Source: Candidatus Methylomirabilia bacterium | GTDB taxonomy: Bacteria > Methylomirabilota > Methylomirabilia > Rokubacteriales > CSP1-6 | Reading direction: 5' to 3' | DNA: 11,842 bases | Assembly: GCA_046758965.1 (NCBI GenBank) | Contig: JBHIBG010000085.1 | Coordinates: 1-11,842 of the forward strand | Shown here: positions 1-5,734 of the stretch, one piece after another | Numbering within the stretch: position 1 is the stretch's first letter | How the letters are laid out: the number at the start of each line of letters is the position of its first letter | Notes under the pieces: model-generated | What the model was told of the DNA's origin: nothing | The model's input: only the letters and a program-made list of their open reading frames with translations | The model's database searches: none | Position numbers and translations under genes: made by a program

Positions 1-701
1 TTTAGCCAAGCCGTCAGGTAGGTGTAGGTGCCGACCATGGAGAAAAAGAGGCCGGCAGCCGCCACCGAGAGGAGGACGACAGTCGGCTCACGGAGCACGG
101 TGAGCGTGATGGCGAGAACTCCCCCCTCCTCACGCGTCGGTTCGCGCTCCCCGCGAAAGAGGCGAAGGAAGCCGCCGGCGGCGACGGCGGCGAGAGCGCC
201 GAGCAGCGCGAAGAACCAGCGCCACCCCAGGTGCACCTCGAGGAGCCCCGCCAGCAGCGGGCCGAGCGTCAGCCCGAGCGTCTGCGTCACCCCGAACCAG
301 CCGAGGGCCCGACCGAGTCGAGCGGGCGCCACCACCTCCCCGACCAGCGCCATGAGGATGGGGAAGAGGAAGGCGGCGCCCACGCCCTGCACGAGCCGGA
401 AGAGCAGGAAGAGCGAAAGGGTCGGCGCCCACGCGCACCCCAGCGAGGCAGCGATGAACACCGCGTATCCCATGGCGACCGTGCGGCGGCCACTGATGAG
501 CTGGGAGACGGCGCCGGAGAAGAGCTGGGCGATCGCGAAGGGCGCCATGTAGCCGGTGATGGCCAGCGCCACCGTGCCGATAGAGACGCCGTAGACCTCG
601 GACAGGGCGGGGATCAGGGTCACCATGCCGGTGCCGGCCATAGGGCCAAGCAGCGCCCCCGCCTGCAGGGGGAGCATCCGGCGTGTCTCCTCGCGCGTCA
701 C
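1..701 (-). CDS. Major facilitator superfamily transporter (DHA1/drug:H+ antiporter-like), 3' end truncated by the window edge
   Basis: Not in the ORF track because the stop lies outside the window. Manual translation from GTG701 (or ATG677, which has GAGGAG 9 nt upstream) is open to position 1: MTREETRRMLPLQAGALLGPMAGTGMVTLIPALSEVYGVSIGTVALAITGYMAPFAIAQLFSGAVSQLISGRR...LFLLFRLVQGVGAA...LGPLLAGLLEVHLGWRWFF. It contains MFS motif A-like (G..SQLISGRR), motif B (RLVQG), motif C (GPLLAG) and GWRW. Confidence 0.9.
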   Translation of the reverse strand, partial: MTREETRRMLPLQAGALLGPMAGTGMVTLIPALSEVYGVSIGTVALAITGYMAPFAIAQLFSGAVSQLISGRRTVAMGYAVFIAASLGCAWAPTLSLFLLFRLVQGVGAAFLFPILMALVGEVVAPARLGRALGWFGVTQTLGLTLGPLLAGLLEVHLGWRWFFALLGALAAVAAGGFLRLFRGEREPTREEGGVLAITLTVLREPTVVLLSVAAAGLFFSMVGTYTYLTAWL

Positions 702-707
702 TCCACC

Positions 708-716
708 CTTATAGCA
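708..716 (-). promoter_or_regulatory. Possible extended -10 promoter (TGcTATAAG) for the MFS gene
   Basis: Minus strand reads TG-C-TATAAG with 6 nt before GTG701. The last -10 base is G rather than the conserved T, and no clear -35 is present. Confidence 0.3.
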
Positions 717-757
717 CGGGCCGCCTCTCACCCCTCGGCCGACCCCGCTCGAGGAGC

Positions 758-1498
758 TTACAGCTTCCCGCCCACCTCCTCAGCGATCTCGTAGCGCAGG
801 CGCCGCGCCATCATCCAGCGCACGGCAAGCAGGTCCACGAAGGCCCGCACTGCGCGATTTCTGATTCCGTACTTCGAGCGCCCGAAGCGCCGAGGACGGT
901 GAGTGACGGGCACTTCTACGACGCGATAGCCTGCCATCCGCAGCAGGGTGGGGATGAACCGGTGTATCCCGTCGAAGGGCGGAATCGCTTCGAGACAGTC
1001 GCGGCGCAGGGCGCGCAGACTGCACGCGCTATCTCTCACGTAGTCGCCCGTGACGGCGTTGCGAATGGCGTTGGCCACGCGGGAGGAGAGGCGCTTCGCC
1101 CACGGGTCGCGGCGGGTTTGCCGCCACCCGATCGCCGCATCCGCGCTGTCGAGGCAGATGAGCAGGGTGGCGATGTCGCGGGGGTCGCTTTGGAGGTCAC
1201 TGTCCAACGTGACGATGGTCTGTCCGCGAGCGGCCTTGAAGCCGGCATGGAAGGCGGCTGTGAGCCCGGCATTCGCGCTGAAGCGAATGAGACGAACCCG
1301 GCGGTCCCGCTCAACCAGCGCGCGGATCAGATCGGCGCTTCCGTCAGTTGAGCCGTCGTCGACGAAGATGATCTCGGTTGGCTGACCCAGGGCAAGCAGC
1401 ACCGCGGTCAGCTCCTGCCAGAGGATCGGAAGACTTTCCGCCTCGTTGTACACGGGGAGGATCACGGAGATTCGTGCGGCGAGCTCAACGTCCACCAC
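758..1498 (-). CDS. GT2-family polyprenyl-phosphate glycosyltransferase (DPM1/ArnC/RgtE-like, short form without C-terminal TM helices)
   Basis: Motifs ISVILPVYNE, IIFVDDGSTDGS, TLDSDLQ (DxD), FDGIHRFIPTL and HRPRRFGRSKYG. Start probably GTG1498 or GTG1495; the track's 1555 start runs into the promoter region. Confidence 0.9.
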   Translation of the reverse strand: MVDVELAARISVILPVYNEAESLPILWQELTAVLLALGQPTEIIFVDDGSTDGSADLIRALVERDRRVRLIRFSANAGLTAAFHAGFKAARGQTIVTLDSDLQSDPRDIATLLICLDSADAAIGWRQTRRDPWAKRLSSRVANAIRNAVTGDYVRDSACSLRALRRDCLEAIPPFDGIHRFIPTLLRMAGYRVVEVPVTHRPRRFGRSKYGIRNRAVRAFVDLLAVRWMMARRLRYEIAEEVGGKL

Positions 1499-1537
1499 TG
1501 CCGCGCCTGAAAGGTGAAGGTTGACAGATAACCCCGG

Positions 1538-1566
1538 ATGACATTTTGGCCCCAATTGAGTATTAT
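1538..1566 (+). promoter_or_regulatory. Sigma70-type promoter ATGACA-N17-TATTAT for the GT83-phosphodiesterase fusion gene
   Basis: 5/6 match at -35 and 5/6 at -10 with a 17-nt spacer, in the AT-richer divergent intergenic region. A perfect TTGACA also lies at 1521-1526. Confidence 0.55.
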
Positions 1567-1757
1567 CTCCGCGGGGACGAACTGAGGCCCGACAAAAATA
1601 CGCGCGTGATCTATCAACGGATGAGGCTGTCTACACTCCCCCCTAAGACATCTGACCTGAGATCCCGATTCGGAGGAGTGCCATCGGGGAAGACAGGATC
1701 TCCTCCCGAGAGTCTGCCGGTCTCGCAAGCGGTGTCGGAACCCTGTGGGTAAGCTCT

Positions 1758-4241
1758 GTGCCGCGGTTTTCCGGATCCCTGAAGGCTCACGTCTTGTTGC
1801 TGGGGGCGGTGGCGGTTCTCCTTTACCTTCCGTCCCTCGGGACCCGGCAGGTGGTCTCCAACGACGAGGCCCGGTACATGGTGATCGCCCGGGATCTGCT
1901 GGTCGAGGGGGAGCGGTTGCTCCCGCGCCGCGACGGTCAAGCTTACCTCAGCAACCTCTACCTGTGGGTTGTGGCAGCCGCCGGTCTGGCTTCAGGTCTC
2001 ACCGAGTTTTCAGCTCGACTCCCGTCCGCGTTGGCTGGTATCGGCGGCGTGCTAGTGACCTACCTCCTCGGACGGCGCCTTTTCGGAGCGCGTGCGGGAC
2101 TGCTTTCCGCCCTCCTTCTGGCCACCAGTGGCGGGTACTTCTGGCACACCAGGACTGTCGGCCCTGACCTGCCGTTCACCTTCTTCGCGCTTGTCGCCTT
2201 CTTAGCTTTTGACCTCGGGCGCCGGGCGCCGGCGGGCCGCCGCTACTTCCTGCTCTTCTTTTTCTCCGCCGGCATGGCAACCTCGCTCGCGGGGCTGGTA
2301 GGGCTACTGTTCCCTCTCCTCACGGTCCTGCTCTATCTCGGTCTTCGCCGGGAGATGGCGACGGCCAAGGCCATGGGCTGGGGGTGGGGGCTGATGGTGG
2401 CAGGCAGCGTGGTGGGGTTCTCGGTGATCCCTCCCTTCCTTGCCGCCGGCAGGGACGGGGTCGCTTTGGTGCTGCTCGGGGGTATCCCGAACTTGCCAGA
2501 CTCACTGCTGTCCTCCGGAGAAACCCTCCTCGCGGGGTTTCTCCCCTGGAGCCTCCTCCTGCCCTCGGCAGTAGCCATGGGGTTGCAGGAACTCAGGCGC
2601 CGCGGCCTCACCAGCCCCGTCCTGTTCCCCCTTCTCTGGAGCATGCTCTTGTTTGCGCTCCTTGCCCTAGTGACCGTCCGTCGGAGCGGGCACCTCCTCC
2701 CGCTTTACGCAGCCCTCAGCCTCTTGATCGGATGGGCTTGGGAGGTGATCGGCTCGGGCACATTCGCGCGCGGGTGGCGGCTGGCGTTAGAGGTCCCTGT
2801 AGGCGTTCTCGGGATCGGGGCGGCTACCTGCGGCCTCGCCCTGGCCTCCGGTGCGGGGATCCCGGTTCCAGGGCCGGCCGCTCCCTTCCTCTCGGGAGAG
2901 TCCTCCGGAGCCTTCCTCCTCGGCCTCACAGCAGTGGTCGCTGGCGTCCTCTCGCTCCTGTCTCTGCTGCGGGGCAGGCGGGAGCTTTCCATCCTGATCT
3001 TGGTCCTCTTGGTCATCCCGACGGTGCGCGGGATCGAGGGAGCCTCGCTCTCCCGGTACAACCAACACCATGGGCTCCCGGCCCTGGCCAAGGTTGTTCG
3101 GGGACTCCTGGATTCCGCGCTACCCGTCCGGGCTGTGGAGCATCGCGAGCCTGTGGTGGAGCTTTACGCTGGGCGGGAGCTTCCCGTTATCAGGGCGGAA
3201 GACCTGGGAAGGCAGATCAGGTCCGGCTCCGCCTACCTGCTCGCACAGGCGGGGACCCTTAGCCGACTTCGCTCCGTCTTTTCCCAACCCCCTGCGGTCC
3301 TAGCGAAGGCCGACCTCGGGCGGTCCGCAGTTCTTCTCGTCTCCTCGGACCCTCCCTCAACCGGAACGTGCCACGTGGTAGTGGTCAGCGTTGATGGGCT
3401 CCGCCCGGATGCCATCGAGCGGTTCCAGACTCCCGTCCTGACGCGGCTGGCCCGCGAGGGGGCTTTTACCTGGAAGGCCGAGACTCTCCGGCTGAGCAAG
3501 ACCTTGCCGGCCCACGTGGCCATGCTGGCCGGGGTGGGGCCGGAGAAGTCAGGCGTCTCGCGGAATTCCTGGGCTCCAGGGGAGCCCCGGATTGAGCGGC
3601 CCACCCTGTTCGCGGTCGCCCGCCAGGCAGGGTTTGAGACTGCCATGTTTACCGGCAAGGGGAAGTTCGGGTACCTGGCTCAATCGGGGACCATCGACCA
3701 CCTCGATGTCGGAAGCAGGGGCGATGCCGCAGTCATGGCCGCTGCCCTCGATTACCTCTCCTCGGCCCGCCCGGGCTTCACCTTCATCCACCTCGGCGAT
3801 ACCGATCGGGCCGGCCACCACTCCGGCTGGATGTCGCCCGGGCAGGGGGGGGTGATCGAGGAAGTCGACCGGTTGATCGGGCGGCTCGTTGAGCGACTGA
3901 CCTCTGGGCCGGGACAGGGACCGTTCCTCTTGATTGTCACGGCCGACCACGGCGGAGAGGGGCGTAAGCACTATCGCCGGTGGTTTCTCTGGCCCTCGTG
4001 GCGAGCCGGCTTTAACAGGGTTCCCTGGATCGCCTGGGGGGAGACGGTGAAGCACGGGCTCGAAATCACCCGCCTGGTGTGGGTGTACGATACGGCCCCG
4101 ACGGTCCTCTACGCGCTCGGCCTTGGCTCACCTCTGGACTGGGACGGCCGTCCGTTGAACGAGATCTTTGTCGCGCCTCCGTGGAAACCGGCGGCCCCGC
4201 CTGTTCACGCCGCTCCCTTCCGTCCCTGCCGCCCGTCATGA
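1758..4241 (+). CDS. ArnT-like (GT83/PMT_2, GT-C) membrane glycosyltransferase fused to a C-terminal alkaline-phosphatase-superfamily (NPP/type I phosphodiesterase-like) domain
   Basis: N-terminal ~430 aa are polytopic hydrophobic with NDEARY, EFSARLPSAL, LGRRLFG and GFLPWS, followed by a soluble segment. From about nt 3372 the phosphodiesterase motifs are SVDGLRPD, SKTLPAH (Thr nucleophile), HLGDTDRAGH, TADHGG, VPWIAWG and DTAPTV. Single uninterrupted frame. The start may extend upstream to ATC1683. Confidence 0.88.
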   Translation: MPRFSGSLKAHVLLLGAVAVLLYLPSLGTRQVVSNDEARYMVIARDLLVEGERLLPRRDGQAYLSNLYLWVVAAAGLASGLTEFSARLPSALAGIGGVLVTYLLGRRLFGARAGLLSALLLATSGGYFWHTRTVGPDLPFTFFALVAFLAFDLGRRAPAGRRYFLLFFFSAGMATSLAGLVGLLFPLLTVLLYLGLRREMATAKAMGWGWGLMVAGSVVGFSVIPPFLAAGRDGVALVLLGGIPNLPDSLLSSGETLLAGFLPWSLLLPSAVAMGLQELRRRGLTSPVLFPLLWSMLLFALLALVTVRRSGHLLPLYAALSLLIGWAWEVIGSGTFARGWRLALEVPVGVLGIGAATCGLALASGAGIPVPGPAAPFLSGESSGAFLLGLTAVVAGVLSLLSLLRGRRELSILILVLLVIPTVRGIEGASLSRYNQHHGLPALAKVVRGLLDSALPVRAVEHREPVVELYAGRELPVIRAEDLGRQIRSGSAYLLAQAGTLSRLRSVFSQPPAVLAKADLGRSAVLLVSSDPPSTGTCHVVVVSVDGLRPDAIERFQTPVLTRLAREGAFTWKAETLRLSKTLPAHVAMLAGVGPEKSGVSRNSWAPGEPRIERPTLFAVARQAGFETAMFTGKGKFGYLAQSGTIDHLDVGSRGDAAVMAAALDYLSSARPGFTFIHLGDTDRAGHHSGWMSPGQGGVIEEVDRLIGRLVERLTSGPGQGPFLLIVTADHGGEGRKHYRRWFLWPSWRAGFNRVPWIAWGETVKHGLEITRLVWVYDTAPTVLYALGLGSPLDWDGRPLNEIFVAPPWKPAAPPVHAAPFRPCRPS

Positions 4242-4284
4242 TGGAGGTCGTCCGATCTCGAAGGTCGACGTGGTTTCGGGGCGC

Positions 4285-4313
4285 TTGCCCGGGATCAGGC
4301 TCTTCGCTATGCT
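4285..4313 (+). promoter_or_regulatory. Sigma70-type promoter TTGCCC-N17-TATGCT upstream of the NfeD-like gene
   Basis: TTGCCC at 4285-4290, 17-nt spacer, TATGCT at 4308-4313, within the 120-nt intergenic gap. Confidence 0.5.
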
Positions 4314-4361
4314 CGGAGTAGGCCTGGCGCGAGTGATGCGCGCGGCTCCTGGGGTGCTGGC

Positions 4362-4760
4362 ATGAGACTCCCGCACGGGATCTGGAGTTACGTGCTCTGG
4401 CAGCTTCCTGGCTGGGGGGTTACCATCCTCTTCCTGGTTTTGCTGCACGCGCTGGTCAGCCTCCCGGTCTGGGCCGGGGTGGCGGTGTTTTTCCTCGTAC
4501 TCGTCAAGGATGCGGTCCTGTTTCCTGTCATGAAAGAGGCGTTCCGCCCGTCAGGCCTGGGGCGTGAGCGGCTCATCGGCGCCCGCGGCCGGGCTCTCGA
4601 GCTCCTGGCCCCCTCGGGGTACGTGCAGGTAGACGGCGAACTCTGGAGAGCGGAGGTGCGGGAGCACGGGAAAGACCTCCCGCCTGGAAGCCAGGTCGTG
4701 GTCCGCGACGCGCGGGGCCTCACCCTGATCGTGGAGGAAGAGCAGGAGTGTCTGCCGTGA
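4362..4760 (+). CDS. NfeD-family membrane protein (short form: TM helices plus C-terminal OB-fold)
   Basis: Hydrophobic N-terminus followed by LIGARGRA...GYVQVDGELWRA...LPPGSQVVV...GLTLIVE, the typical NfeD C-terminal signature. Confidence 0.85.
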   Translation: MRLPHGIWSYVLWQLPGWGVTILFLVLLHALVSLPVWAGVAVFFLVLVKDAVLFPVMKEAFRPSGLGRERLIGARGRALELLAPSGYVQVDGELWRAEVREHGKDLPPGSQVVVRDARGLTLIVEEEQECLP

Positions 4761-4966
4761 CCACTCCGGCGTACGAGGAGTTCGAAGCGGCGACCCTGTT
4801 TTGCCCTCGCTGTCGAGCGGCGGTGCCGGTGAGAAAGAAGCTTCTGCTGGTGCTTCTGACCGGAACCAAGTACGATTACGTGTGCGCCAGGTGCGGGTCA
4901 CAGATCGGCGGGAAAGTCGAGCAGGAGGGGACCGACTTTCCACGTATCATCCGGCCGTCTGGTTAG
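4757..4966 (+). CDS. Small Zn-ribbon-like hypothetical protein (CPRC...CARC), 69 aa
   Basis: AGGAG at 4744-4748 lies 8 nt before GTG4757, which overlaps the NfeD stop (GTGA). Two CxxC pairs and coding-like codon usage. Confidence 0.8.
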   Translation: MTTPAYEEFEAATLFCPRCRAAVPVRKKLLLVLLTGTKYDYVCARCGSQIGGKVEQEGTDFPRIIRPSG

Positions 4967-5013
4967 CCTGACCGGCTCACCCCGCCCGGGGAGTGGCGGG
5001 GGGAGGGCTCTTT

Positions 5014-5052
5014 GTCCGGCCGAGCCGGCGATGAGGGTCGGCTCGGCCGGGC
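5014..5052. repeat. 16-bp inverted repeat (14 Watson-Crick + 2 G-U pairs, 7-nt loop) just upstream of the ACT gene RBS
   Basis: GTCCGGCCGAGCCGGC (5014-5029) pairs with GTCGGCTCGGCCGGGC (5037-5052). No U-tract follows. A second hairpin CCCCGCC/GGCGGGG lies at 4980-5001. Confidence 0.7.
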
Positions 5053-5070
5053 GCCGAGGAGGAGATGGCC

Positions 5071-5460
5071 ATGGCCAAAACCACGCAGTTGACCCTGACC
5101 CTGGAGTCCAGACCCGGTGTCCTGGCGAAGATCAGCCGCGTGCTGGCTGACGCAGGCATCAACGTCACTGCCATCTGCGCCGCCGAGGCGGCGGGGCGGG
5201 GGAAGATCCGGATGCTCGTCAGTGACCCCGCTCGGGCGAAGGAAGCCCTCAAAGCGGCGAAGCTCAGGTGCGGAGAGGAACCGGCCCTGACGCTGACGCT
5301 CGGGGATCACCCTGGAGCCCTTGCCCAGGTGGCCGAGACGTTGGCCCAGAGCAAGATCAACATCAAGTGCGCCTACGCCACCACGACCGGTGGGGGCAGT
5401 GCCACCGTCGTCCTCACGGTCTCCAACCCCGACAAAGCCCACGGCTTGCTGGGAAGCTGA
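5071..5460 (+). CDS. Stand-alone tandem ACT-domain protein (two ACT repeats, Bt0572/COG4747-like)
   Basis: Two repeats: LTLTLESRPGVLAKISRVLADAGINV and LTLTLGDHPGALAQVAETLAQSKINI. AGGAGG at 5057-5062 favours ATG5071 over ATG5065. Confidence 0.88.
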   Translation: MAKTTQLTLTLESRPGVLAKISRVLADAGINVTAICAAEAAGRGKIRMLVSDPARAKEALKAAKLRCGEEPALTLTLGDHPGALAQVAETLAQSKINIKCAYATTTGGGSATVVLTVSNPDKAHGLLGS

Positions 5461-5481
5461 TCCAGCCGGACTCCGCGGGCC

Positions 5482-5679
5482 ATGCGGCTCAAGTGCAAGG
5501 TGGTCGAGCAGATGATGGGAGATGGGGCACCGGGCGCCTCGCTGGAGGAAGTCCTGGAGGTCTTCGAGGTCTTCGCGAGCGGGTCCCTGACCGACGAGGT
5601 GTACGTCCTGGATGGGGTCGGTGGCAAGCGGATCGCCATCGCCCCCGCTGCGCTCAAGGAGAAGTATCGCCGAGCCTGA
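5482..5679 (+). CDS. Hypothetical protein, 65 aa
   Basis: Fills the gap between co-oriented genes, with strong GC3 codon bias and a normal composition (LEEVLEVFEVF...DEVYVLDGVGGKRIAIAP). The RBS is weak and no family is recognised. Confidence 0.65.
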   Translation: MRLKCKVVEQMMGDGAPGASLEEVLEVFEVFASGSLTDEVYVLDGVGGKRIAIAPAALKEKYRRA

Positions 5680-5734
5680 CCCTGGGCGCCTCGAGGGGGA
5701 GCCAGGCCCGGCGGCGTCTCCGGAGGAGGGAGGC

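Noticed and set aside
28..794. Plus-strand ORFs 28-552 and 231-794
   Set aside because: Antisense shadows of the minus-strand MFS gene, with low-complexity Arg/Ser/Pro-rich or Gly/Glu/His-rich translations.
1546..1752. 68-aa ORF in the divergent intergenic region
   Set aside because: TTG start without an SD, overlaps the predicted promoter, and has no coding-like bias.
4238..4321. 27-aa ORF starting at the ATGA overlap with the fusion gene stop
   Set aside because: No SD or recognisable features, and it overlaps the predicted NfeD promoter.
5458..5484. ACT gene and 65-aa gene are in the same frame, separated by one TGA plus 7 codons (readthrough or selenocysteine?)
   Set aside because: The ACT pair is complete before the TGA, there is no Cys-equivalent context or convincing SECIS, and same-frame spacing occurs by chance one time in three.
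5612..5734. N-terminal extension of the Cmk-like ORF given in the track
   Set aside because: Overlaps the 65-aa gene. The strong SD and family N-terminus support ATG5735.
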